Below, one piece after another: positions 35,011-45,976 of a DNA stretch of 54,854 bases. Positions within the stretch are counted from its first letter, which is position 1, and every line of letters begins with the position of its first letter. Under the pieces are notes generated by a model that saw only the letters and a program-made list of their open reading frames with translations, made no database searches and had not been told where the DNA came from. The DNA comes from Hydrurus foetidus (lineage: Eukaryota), in assembly GCA_900617105.1 (NCBI GenBank), contig UYFQ01000285.1, forward strand, positions 1 through 54,854. Direction: 5' to 3'. The translations under genes and the position numbers were made by a program.

Positions 35011-36450
35011 TGGCCGACTTGAGATATCTGTTGTGATGAGATACCGTTGATATATTGATACTATATCGATGATTGCTGAACTTTCTATGCAATCGCTACC
35101 ATGTGAGTCAGACTGTGGAGTGAAGCGAGCTACCTGTTGGCTGCGGAAGCGCAAAGGAAAGACTGGCTGATGGAAGTGGTCTCGGAAGACGTGTTTACTT
35201 TCAACGATCAAGTAGTAAAACAACTGGCGATGATATCAGAGAAGACAACCATCAAAGAAGCAAAGCAAAGCATCCATTGTGCATGAAATGGTGATCGCCG
35301 AAGTGGAAACATATTCAGCGAATATTCAAGTTGGCGATTGAGCAATGGGCGGAACCCTCGCTGCTCATGAAATCGGATGCTTGGTGGAAACCGGATACCT
35401 GGTGGGAATCCGGATGCTTGGTGGTGAAAAACCGGATGCTTGGTGATGGCCCCGAAGGGGGATATCGCTAGAAGAACGATGAGCGTATGTACACAACAGT
35501 GTATGGCGGTGTTTTGGGTGAGGAAGCGCTACACTACTTGTGACATGTGAATGCTAATCTACAGATGAAACTATGCTAACAGATCATGCATGAATATGCT
35601 GGACTGACAGACGGAACTGTAGATCTGGAGTATTCTACGTTCTTTGAACCAAGTGCGAGGTCCTGCAGAAACAAGTTGATTTTCTTGCTAGATCCCTGTT
35701 TTTCAAGTACTGATATCTCCGATAAGATCCAGTGATTCTCGTATGAATCTTTTGTATGATCTCTCTGACCGAATTCGCACATAAAATAACAGGCTAGACA
35801 ATGGAAAAAGTCCATTTCATAGCACTCGAAGTCAGATAGCATAGATATGCCCTTCTGTTTAGATGTCTTGGACTGAGACCAGTCGAAGTACAAATTCTCG
35901 AGTACACCATCCCAGGAGGACAAGTTCCAGGTTGCTGTTGCTGCCTCTTCAGCGCGGCCACTAGCGAGGAATATCATGACCAAACTAAATCTGCGGTATA
36001 TCGCATCAGCAGAGTTGTGAGCGAGGTAGGACATAGCAACTTTCTTCATCATTTCCCGACCCACAGGGGGTGCCTTATTCGAAATTTTATCTCCTTCTTC
36101 GATGCAGCTATCAATTTGAAAAGCAGTCGTTAGCTGTCATATTTTAGTCATTAGAGTTACACATTTGAACCGTACCGTTTGACGATTTTTCGCTCAATTC
36201 CACAGCGCATCTTAGTGTACCAGTTCCCAGGAATGTCAAGCTCTCTGAAAAAGGGGTCACCTAGAAAATTTGATGTTTGTTAATCATGCTCATATACAAT
36301 TTGGATGATACTGCAAGCTCGTTGATACCTTTGAATAGAGTATTTTCCCCTAGAACCAATATGCATCCCATGTAACCTAAAACTGTGCTCTTCGACAGAG
36401 GAGCTTTTGTAAGCTTTGCTTTATACACTGATGTCAAGAAGTAAGCAAAC

Positions 36451-37559
36451 TGTGAGTTGCCACGGGTTGGCACGAAGTCGGGAGGACATATCGTGGATGG
36501 CCAAATTAAGATGGAAAGGTTTGGTTAGTAAATTCGATTTAAGAATTAGAAACTGGCACGGAGGCCACAAAGCATAAAATCATGTTGCACATCATTTCTA
36601 CCTGCCGTACAATAATAAGATCTCAATCGTCATGCGCATGCAATTTGACTGGCTCTCGTAGATTTACATCTACGTTGTTGTATAGGCGAGATAGTAGCTA
36701 CTCAACTGTAAATATGACGTTTGTACTAAAAGCTAGACTTTTGGTACCAAGTACCGGATAAATACTATACAGCTGTGGTTATTATGGTGTAACAATGGCA
36801 ATATACGTGATACGAATTGGCATTGAGGAAGCGACTTGGTGCACATTGCACACCAATAACAATCTACAAAATGTGTTTACTTATGATATCCTATCATGCT
36901 AATTGTTGATTATACAAATGGTAATATACAGCTATAACTAGCACTTATCGCTGTTATATACCGACACACCCCGTAATCATCAATTGCTTTATATTATTTT
37001 CTTAGAAGTCATCATGTCGTCTCTGATCAAACAATCGCTACCATGTGAGTTGCCACGGGTTGGCACGAAGTCGGGAGGACATATCGTGGATGGCCAAATT
37101 AAGATGGAAAGGTTTGGTTAGTAAATTCGATTTAAGAATTAGAAACTGGCAAGGAGGCCACAAAGCATAAAATCATGTTGCACATCATTTCTACCTGCCG
37201 TACAATAATAAGATCTCAATCGTCATGCGCATGCAATTTGACTGGCTCTCGTAGATTTACATCTACGTTGTTGTATAGGCGAGATAGTAGCTACTCAACT
37301 GTAAATATGACATTTGTACTAAAAGCTAGACTTTTGGTACCAAGTACCGGATAAATACTATACAGCTGTGGTTATTATGGTGTAACAATGGCAATATACG
37401 TGATACGAATTGGCATTGAGGAAGCGACTTGGTGCACATTGCACACCAATAACAATCTACAAAATGTGTTTACTTATGATATCCTATCATGCTAATTGTT
37501 GATTATACAAATAGTAATATACAGCTATAACTAGCACTTATCGCTATTATATACCGACA
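36451..37559 (-). mobile_element. TRIM-like non-coding LTR element
   Basis: Two 516-bp LTRs (36451-36966 and 37044-37559, 4 differences seen), a 77-bp interior with PBS TGGTAGCGATTG and PPT-like TTACGGGGTG, and 5-bp TSD CAAAC. Confidence 0.93.
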
Positions 37560-37829
37560 CAAACTTTTGGAAAAGTGTTTCGCAGCAAAAAGTTTCCCGA
37601 GAAGTTTCCATTAAAGACTTCATCCCATTTAATGCTGCATACGCATTGAAGCACTGTCTAGCGCTCTCCTGCGTCTGCAAGGTGGAAGCAGAGTCCCCAT
37701 CTTCGGTGATCATTCTTTCGGGCGTCAGAGATATGATGCAATACTGCATGTGCCACTAAGGCATGGGCAGCAGCAAAATCAATATCTCTCGTGGCTATTA
37801 TTTACAATTTACATTTAGCTTGCAATCCG

Positions 37830-38095
37830 TAAAACAAGGTTCCCCGGAATAAGAAAACCGTTCCCCGGAAAAAGGAAGTTTCATAGAAAAAGAGATAAGT
37901 GGGGGGAATGTGGTCGTACCGGGTATACCAGACCTCGTCACGATCCACCCGATCCTTCCGCCTACAGTACACTTACATCCTTGCACACTGCTAGCTAGCT
38001 GCAGCCGACTCGTAGAAGTTTATCCTAGCTTCTAGCATAGCAACTGAAACTAACCACCACCTTTCCTACATCGACCTACTTCTATCCGGACTACA
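37830..38095 (+). repeat. 3' LTR plus polypurine tract of a truncated gypsy A-family element
   Basis: AAAAGAGATAAGTGGGGGGAA immediately precedes TGTGGTCGTACC...GGACTACA (37909-38095); no TSD. Confidence 0.85.
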
Positions 38096-39549
38096 CCAAA
38101 CACAATTCCAGAAATTAGTAGGGAGACAATCAACGACCACGTCCCTATCAGACTACGAGGCCCTGACATACAAGCAGAGCTGCAAGATTTTGATTTCGAC
38201 ACACATGCCCATGACAGCGAATCTGATATGAATGACGTTTAAGCGTCATTCGACTTCTTAATTAAATACTAGATGTGTTTGCCTCACTATACAAGACATT
38301 TGGATTACTGTTATGCTCTAATTGTCATTAATTTAAAGTATCTTGAATTAAAAACTCTGATTTCTATTAGATGAGATTAATATGTCTTTCCTTCGAATGA
38401 TTCGGTCGGAGAAAAAAGCCTTCGATCGAAAAAATGTTCGAAAGAATTTTTCTACAAATCATTTATAAAAACACCAGCATTCGAGGGAAATTTTCAGAAA
38501 AATTTTGTAAATGCTTGATCGTTCGAAGGGAATTTGTCTGAAACCATTTGCAAAAGGAAATGCCTTCAAAGGTTTCAAATGAATTTTCTGTCATAAAAGG
38601 ACTTCATCCACCTGGAGCCCGATAATAGTAATTTCGTACCGAGACCATAAAACTGAGATGTTTTTCGTACCGAGGGCGAAGCCCGAGGTTCGAAATACTT
38701 CGAGGTTTATGGTTGAGTGTACGAACGTTACTTTTTATTCCGATGGGTTCATAAAGACCCGTTTCGGTCCTGCGGGTCGAAAAGGAATCTTTTTCGTACC
38801 GGAGGTGCGAAAAGGATTCCTTTTCGACCCGCGCGTGAAAACGGTGAAATCTGGCCGGAAGCTCATGACCGGAAAAGGGTCTTTATGAACCCTGAGGGAT
38901 AAAAAGACTCATATACGGCACACCTTCTTCAGTATAAAATTTCGTATAAATCGGTTACTTGGATTCGGGATTCCTCTGTTGTCTTGGGTGTTCCGCCAGC
39001 TGAAGGCTGGATTTTGCCGGAAAATACGCCTAAAATCCGGCAGAGACCGTGTCGGAAATCGGAAGAGTCAGAATGGGATACCAAAAACCGAAATCCGGTT
39101 CCAAATTACCCGAAAATCCGACATTATGAGGACCTCTTACCCGGTTGGATGCTTGGATTCCTTTTGTCTTAGGGAATCGAACTTTTGAAACCCCACTTAT
39201 CCGGAGTGCCACTGACTGTTTTGGACGTCCATTCCCCAAGAACAGGAATCCAAGCATCCGATAACTACGTTATCGGCCCCCCCTAACATTTTGGGCCCGT
39301 TCGCTGACCTGGAAACGGCTGGAAATTGGCCGTTTCCGCTTATTTTGAGCCTCGCTGGAAATGATGTAGAAGACCTGTTCGCAGTGGCAGCAACATGCCT
39401 CAAATTTCCAGCGAAACCCTATAATGGCAGGATTTCAATAATCTGATAATCCCGCGTTTTTGAAGCCCTTCAAATTTCCAGTGAGTCTGATGAAATTGAT
39501 GATTAATTACACACAGCTTAAACGCAGCTGAAGCAGCACAGTTTCGAAG

Positions 39550-40458
39550 ATGGAAAGTCAGGATACCAAGAAGTTCATGAAGTTGGGAAAGGAGAAAGTA
39601 CCGTCGATTTCGTGGTCAAATAGCATGAGAAATCAGTTGATAAAAGCTATGGTAGAGGTGTTGAAAGGACCTTCTAGCTCTACTGTGTTAAAGTCAGAGG
39701 ACTGGACAAGCATTACTAACCTGTTCAACCTCCGAACGGAGCTGAAGCTGTCCCGTCAGCAGCTGCAGAACCAGTATACCTCGCTTAAAGCAGCGTACTC
39801 TGTATACCACAACTTCTCAATCCAAAGCGGATTTGGAATGAACAACGTGACCAAGCTTGTCACTGGAACTCCAGCTGCTTTCAAGGAGTATTTTGCCGCT
39901 CATCCTAAGGCAAAGGAGTACGAGTTTAAAAAGCTGATGTTTTACGAGGAATTGCACGAGCTATTTGAGGGGAAAGTTGCGACAGGCAAATATGCAAACG
40001 TCTTCACACCATCACCTACATTAGCGGGAAGCAAAAGACCTTACGAGGACAACTCGAATGATTTGTCACTCGAGGGGATTCGGCAAGAAGCTGTCTTGTC
40101 GAAAGCTTCAATCCACGAGGATTATGATTCCTCAGACTCTGAGGATGAGAGAGTAGGAAGTCGCGTCAAAGTGATGCGGGATGAAGTCAAGGTTATCAAA
40201 CGCCCGGTTGTCAAGACGAAAGAGAAACCAGTCGATACAGTGTCAAAGTTGCTCCGGAACATAGTCGACAATCAGCAGGTAGTTCTACAAAGATTACCTA
40301 CTGCAATGTCATCATTCAGCAAAGACTACTCTGCCGACTTGACCACACTCGAGAAGTTAAAGTTTAAGAGCTTCCTAGGCAAGGACTCTAATGCCGATTT
40401 ATTCAGTCTTTTAGAGCACGAGGAGAAGATCGCCCTCATCAGAGAGATCCTTGATTGA
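39550..40458 (+). CDS. Myb/SANT-like DNA-binding protein of Harbinger 2
   Basis: Trp pattern SWS...KSEDWTSI...QLQNQY..LK..Y and SGFG...HPKA...YEELHELF, typical of PIF partner proteins. Confidence 0.85.
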   Translation: MESQDTKKFMKLGKEKVPSISWSNSMRNQLIKAMVEVLKGPSSSTVLKSEDWTSITNLFNLRTELKLSRQQLQNQYTSLKAAYSVYHNFSIQSGFGMNNVTKLVTGTPAAFKEYFAAHPKAKEYEFKKLMFYEELHELFEGKVATGKYANVFTPSPTLAGSKRPYEDNSNDLSLEGIRQEAVLSKASIHEDYDSSDSEDERVGSRVKVMRDEVKVIKRPVVKTKEKPVDTVSKLLRNIVDNQQVVLQRLPTAMSSFSKDYSADLTTLEKLKFKSFLGKDSNADLFSLLEHEEKIALIREILD

Positions 40459-40626
40459 TTTGTGCTGTTTGTCGTCTATAGCTAAGTAAGCATTTGATCA
40501 GCCCGACAAGCTGTTTGTTGTAGGTCGTTACTTGAGTAACGTCTAATTTTCATGCCATGAAATGTTGCTGTAAAAGATTAACGCCAAGATCAAAAACGAA
40601 GTGCTCAAAATTTTAACGGAACCAAA

Positions 40627-41766
40627 TTAGTTACCAGCTTGATATGCAAGATATGCTAACCACATGCTGTTAGCTATCTGATCACGCCATGCATTCAATG
40701 CATGACCTAAAGCACCTTCCTCCTCGACAACATTATCGTGAACTTCAACTTCATTCACAACATCATCATTATTGTCAAAATCGTCCAAATACACCTGATT
40801 TCTGCGAATGAAGTTGTGAATCAGCATGCAACACGAAACAAGCTCACATTGAAACGGAAAGTAGAAGGATGGCATAACGTTTAGAATTGGGAAACGTCTT
40901 TTGATGACTCCAAAGCATCTTTCTACTACATTTCTTAATGATGAGTGTTTTAAATTGAACAATTCTTTTGCGTTACGAGGGCCACCGGCATTACCTGCTT
41001 GGAATTCCTTTAGATGATACCTTACACCCCTGTACGGTGTTAGACAAGCTCTTGATAAAGCGTAACCAGCATCACCCAAGAAATACTTGCCAGGAATATT
41101 AGGAAATCCTTTCGTTTTTGCATCTTCTAAAACTCGCCCATCATGTGCAGATCCCTCCCATCCTGTTAGTACGTAACTGAATGTCATATCGAAATTGACT
41201 GCGCCTAGAACATTCTGAGAGATGTTCTTCTTTCTATCCCGGAATACATGATTCTCTCCCGATGGAACAAATGCACTGATATGAACTCCGTCAAGTGCTC
41301 CGATACAGTTGTCGAAAAAGGGAGTGAATGTAGGATCCATAGCGATTTTGGACGGAACCGGGTCACCCACCAGAGGAAGCACAAATATCAAAGCGCTGCA
41401 ATATCGGAAAGCATCTGAAACTTCATGGATAATGAGAGATATTGTGGATCCGCTATGCTGCCATCTCTCTGCTGTTTGACGATTCGAATGCCCAATAAGA
41501 ACATGAATAAAGATGAGTACTTTTTGACCAACAGTGACCGAAATTGATCTTCTTAGATTACCCCGTAACCATAAAAAGTGTTTCAATTTAACGAAAGTAT
41601 CTTTATCCATCCGTGCAACGTTGAGGAAACGATTGACATTCGGGGATCTCATCACTTCTTTGTAATACATGTCACCAGTAAGTGCTGAGTCATGTTGCGG
41701 AACAGGACTACTTCGAAGAATGAATGGAAGAACGGATGCCACAATCGTTAGGACATCGAGTTCCAT
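40627..41766 (-). CDS. HARBI1-like DDE transposase of Harbinger 2
   Basis: CIGALDGVHI, GWEGSAHDGRVL, FLGDAGY, FNLKHSSLRNVVERCFGVIKRRF, LIHNF. Confidence 0.95.
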   Translation of the reverse strand: MELDVLTIVASVLPFILRSSPVPQHDSALTGDMYYKEVMRSPNVNRFLNVARMDKDTFVKLKHFLWLRGNLRRSISVTVGQKVLIFIHVLIGHSNRQTAERWQHSGSTISLIIHEVSDAFRYCSALIFVLPLVGDPVPSKIAMDPTFTPFFDNCIGALDGVHISAFVPSGENHVFRDRKKNISQNVLGAVNFDMTFSYVLTGWEGSAHDGRVLEDAKTKGFPNIPGKYFLGDAGYALSRACLTPYRGVRYHLKEFQAGNAGGPRNAKELFNLKHSSLRNVVERCFGVIKRRFPILNVMPSFYFPFQCELVSCCMLIHNFIRRNQVYLDDFDNNDDVVNEVEVHDNVVEEEGALGHALNAWRDQIANSMWLAYLAYQAGN

Positions 41767-42046
41767 CGGAAGACACCAAAATCAATGCGAAGGATGGGTT
41801 GTGCTGTGCATAAAGCATTGAACTATGATGGGGTTGACAACTACGAGAGTGATGACCGATCAGCTCTACGTTCGGTGATCGGCCGTAATAACGGCTGGCA
41901 AAAATTTCGGCTAAGTTAGATTCCAGCTAGCCGTTTTTCTCACCGCTGGTAATTTGAAGAAAATTATCGAACGGGCCCTTTGAGTTTTTTTACCGCTGGT
42001 ACGAGAAGGTAGACTGACACTCACAGCGGTACGAAAAGGTAGACTA

Positions 42047-42477
42047 CCGTCTAGTCCCATATGTTTGGTAAACGGTTTTGTCAAAATGACTGTTTTTCGA
42101 GTATACCAAGTGCAATAATGAAGAAAAGTTAGGGTATTATTCGCGCATCGCATGCCCCATGAAATTCCACACAAAATTATATATGGTCGTATCGCATGTC
42201 CTATTATGGTTTAGTTGCTAATGGCTGCTTAGCGCACCATTTTTGACATGTTCGGTACTTGGGGACCGCAATATTGCACACCGCAAAATTATTTTGACAA
42301 ATTTCAAATATGCCATCTATCTTAAATAATTGTGCTGAATTCGAATTGATAGCTAACTCTTCATGATTCTGGATATTGATGAAGATAGTTTTTTCGGTGA
42401 AATTATTTTTTGGTGATTTTGAGTGTGGTCAAATGGCCTATTACCATTTTTTTTACCAAACATATGGGACTAGACGG
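42047..42477. mobile_element. Tc1/mariner/pogo-like MITE
   Basis: 26-bp perfect TIR CCGTCTAGTCCCATATGTTTGGTAAA with TA on both sides; no ORF. Confidence 0.88.
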
Positions 42478-42709
42478 TACTTCATGAGGGAATTATACCG
42501 GAAATAAAAAGCCGACACCTTCCCTTCACCTTCCCTTCGTTCTACCTGTGCTAATTTTGACCAGTTTGGCACGCCATACGCCATACTCAACTGGAACCGA
42601 ACCTGGAACATCATTTCAACAGTGGGAAACTCTGATATTTGATGCGATAGGCGCGAAAATATAACTGGCAGTGACACTTGCCTTTTCCCGAGGCGACAAA
42701 TTTGGTGTC

Positions 42710-44552
42710 ATGATTTCAAGCAATGGCAACATAAAACTTCTTCGGGAGCAGATTGATCTGAATAGTGACCTAATATCAAAACTAGAGAGGATGGAGATTC
42801 AGTACGAAGAGAATCAAAGAGAACTTAACTGTGCTAATACAACAAATGTAGATTTAAATGCCGCGATAAATTTGTTGAACTACGAATTAAATGAGTGCGG
42901 AAGAAAGTTGAAGACGGTGTCAATTGAAAGAGATCGATTATCGAATCAGCTTTCTGAACATCTTGTCGCATTCGATGTGTCGCGCTTGGATAAGGACTCC
43001 TCAAAGGCTGTGATAACAATTTTAAATGATAGATTATCTCTCAAAGCGGATGAGTTGAGTAACGTTTGGTCAAAATTGAATGAATTGAACGCATCCCTGA
43101 CACAACAGAGAACTGAACATGAAGAGGCGATAGCTGTCATGAAGCCCGAACTCGCGACATACAAAGATCTGAATAGTAAGCTTCATTCGGAGATCGCAAC
43201 TCTTATCAAAGTCTCAGATAGCCAGAGAGATGACAATGTTTTATTGAAAGATCATATTAATGACTTGACAAAAGCACTGGATGGTTTTACAACTAAGCTC
43301 AATTCTGAATCCACCCAAAAAAATGTCATAGCGCAGAGACTGCACGAGAAATCAATGGCTGCAGCAACATTTGAACGAGAACTCGAGAAAGCTGTTCTCG
43401 TCATAGAGGATTTACGAGCTGATAATGAAGATGAAACCTCGCTATTTCGATCTCGTCAGAACCAGGAGAAAATGCTATCAACCGAGCTGTCTCAGGTGAC
43501 TGATGAACGAAATGCCCTATTTGCTGATAACAAGTACCTGAGGGGTGAGATCGAGTCCGCGCAGTGCATCCTCAGCGATCAGTTGCAGTTGAGGCTGCAG
43601 GACAGATCGAACTATGAGGCGCTCCTAGTGGCCAGCGATGAAAATGTCCAGCGAGCCATTGACGACTCCAAAGATCGGCTAGAGGTATTCGCATGCACAA
43701 CGAAGGCTTGACATTTTGTTTTGGCATTTGAGAGCCAGTGACATTTTATTCGAATTTCAGCATCGACCCTTCTTTGAAAGCCCATCATCCAACATTTTAC
43801 ATTTGCCGCACGATGCGATTTAGTTACATTGACTTCAGTTATCTTCGTGTGACTGATATCGCATCACATTGCATGGTATATGGCAGGACATAACGACGAA
43901 GCTGTTGGGTGAAGCCCAAAGGGGAGCAGCTGAGGAAAATCGAGCTAAAAACGAATTGATAGAAAGGTGTCTCGCAGCCGAACAAACCTGTGCAAAGCTC
44001 TCCCATGAACTTCAACAAGCTCAACAGGAGTGCGAAAGAGTGACAAAGAGTAGCGATGTCAGGGATAGGTATGCGACAGAGATGGGTACTTCTAACAAGG
44101 AGATGCACGTGAAGGTGGAGAAGGAGACTGCTGCGAGATTGGGCTCTCTGTCTCTGCAGCTGTCAGAGGCGCGCAGCTCCATGGCACACAGAACAGCGGA
44201 ACACAGGGCAAATGTGGATTCCTTCATAAACCAATTATCTTCATATCAAGGAGTCATCAAGGAAATTAAAGATGACTCATGGAATCTTCGGTCCAAGGTC
44301 CTGTCTCTTGAGTCGCACTTATCGCGCATGGAGTCGAAAAACAGGAAAGCGCTTAGCGGAACACTCATCAATCTAGATATTGAGCAGAAGGCAGTGTTCC
44401 GCAGCCTGGGCAACGAGAACAAGTCCCTCTCATCCGATCTGAGCGCAGCGGAGCAGAGGGCAGCGGAGGAGTCCTCTCGCTGCATGTACCTCACTAGGGA
44501 GATCAGTAACTTGAAGCTGGAGCTCTTCGAAGCCAGGAGAGCCAGAAGTTAG
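42710..44552 (+). CDS. Coiled-coil protein of unknown function; probable exons 42710-43684 and 43887-44552
   Basis: Two long E/L/K/Q-rich heptad ORFs that can be joined by a phase-0 GT...AG intron (43685-43886). Confidence 0.7.
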
Positions 44553-45976
44553 TGCGAACTACTGTGTCTGATGTTCGCACAGATAAGAACACATAGAGAT
44601 GTTATCACACGCACACACCACTAGAATCCCCGATACGTCAGCCGCTCCACTTCGAATATGATTACTACTCCTCGCTCTATTGAACGGTTACACTATTCCT
44701 ATTCCCTTACTTTCTTATTCATTTCTAGACATCAACTGCACGAGTTGTTCTGGCCTTCTACATTGTCACACTGCACCATTAGTCCATCACAATTCACGGC
44801 AACCTTTTCATATTTCGATTTATCGTATCACTGCCTGCTATACTAGCGCCGCACACCTTGAAAATCTCTCCTTTGAGCACTTTATGGAGTGACAGAAGAA
44901 CACTAGAATCAATATCGAAGTTGAATCTCAGCTTTGATGGGGCTCTACAATGATTTGAACGTAACCGCACTTCTTTCGAGGGGCGGGACACTCCGTCAAT
45001 CTCCAAATCAATTCGATCTGATCTGTGTCAAGATCCAGTGAGGTGCGAGAAGAAATCCATGCGGAGATTCTGACTATCGGTCCTCGGCAAGTCTTGGTAA
45101 TCGCACTTGATGTCTATCATCTAGAGGTGTCTGCAATTCCATTTCCTCGACACAACATGTCATGCTCCTGAGTGACTCTATGATCGCGGCTACGATGATT
45201 ACTCCATTCAGCACTGATGCAGATGGTGGGAGCCAGAAATGAATCAATTAGTTAGTGGTTATATCTGCGACACTGGTGACACGATATGGTTCGGTATAAC
45301 GCACGTAGAACAGCTCTTCACATGTCGACCGCGACGTGCATTTCTCATTTTCCCTCGAGTGATGCATGCCACATCACACTTACGAAACACTCCAGGTGAG
45401 AAAACTCTCGAGTATGATGCCGGGAGCAAGTGTGACGGTGATACAATTGATGACACCGCGCGGGCACTCGTTGTGGACGGAATGGCAGGGGAGTGTGCCG
45501 ACCCTATCTGGATACAGGTTTGACACGGCATCCATTATAGGAGAAAGAAAAGAGTATAATAACTCGAATGTACAGTAGCAATTATCAGTAAAATAAACTG
45601 CAATAAAATAGATTGAATAATGTAAGTTGACCGCATCAGCAGCAACAGAGGCTAGATAGATATTATCGCAGTTTACAAAAGAGGCACTGTCTGAATATGG
45701 AGTGAGGTGAGTGTGAGGACAGCACGATAGATAAGTCTCCGCGAATAAGACACACCTAAAGAGCAGGAGGGAGAAAACAATGGCGGAAAGGAGGGTTACC
45801 AACGTCGAAGCAATGAACCGACACAGTAAGTATGCTGAGCTAGTGCATGACACGCGGACCAGTGAAAATTCACCACTCGTGTGATAGACACGGTTCCTCA
45901 TGCCGTTTGTGAACTTTCCTGAACGTGTCATGTCTATTCCATCATGTCCGATCAGTCTTCGAGCCTCTCAAGAAGA

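Larger units (their letters stand above)
29496..35609 (-). mobile_element. Ty1/copia LTR retrotransposon, young, with the protease region apparently lost
   Basis: 508-bp LTRs at 29496-30003 and 35102-35609 (1 difference seen), 5-bp TSD GACGG, PBS TGGTAGCGATTG, PPT-like ACTACGGGGAG, and IN-RT-RH domain order. Confidence 0.95.
27741..37749 (-). pseudogene. Intron-containing Crypton-type (CryptonS-like) tyrosine recombinase gene, split by copia and TRIM insertions
   Basis: Removing the insertions joins ETLFQK|FAYFLT and STVPS|LPADVSGNSLRVGS...HGGHDMTGHSASWEY. SGRAEE (R) and QSKTSK (K) occur in 35615-36064. Intron at 29231-29323; downstream ORFs at 28686-29230 and 27741-28544. Confidence 0.75.
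39293..41978. mobile_element. Complete PIF/Harbinger transposon 2
   Basis: TIR GGGCCCGTTCG...CGAACGGGCCC, TTT on both flanks, and two intact convergent ORFs. Confidence 0.93.
13988..42584. mobile_element. TIR-bounded DNA element shell containing about 28 kb of nested insertions (superfamily unknown)
   Basis: TATGCCGTGTCAAACTGGTCAAAATTA (13987-14013) is the reverse complement of TAATTTTGACCAGTTTGGCACGCCATA (42552-42578) at 25/27. ACTCAACT is duplicated at 13980-13987 and 42585-42592. Confidence 0.7.
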
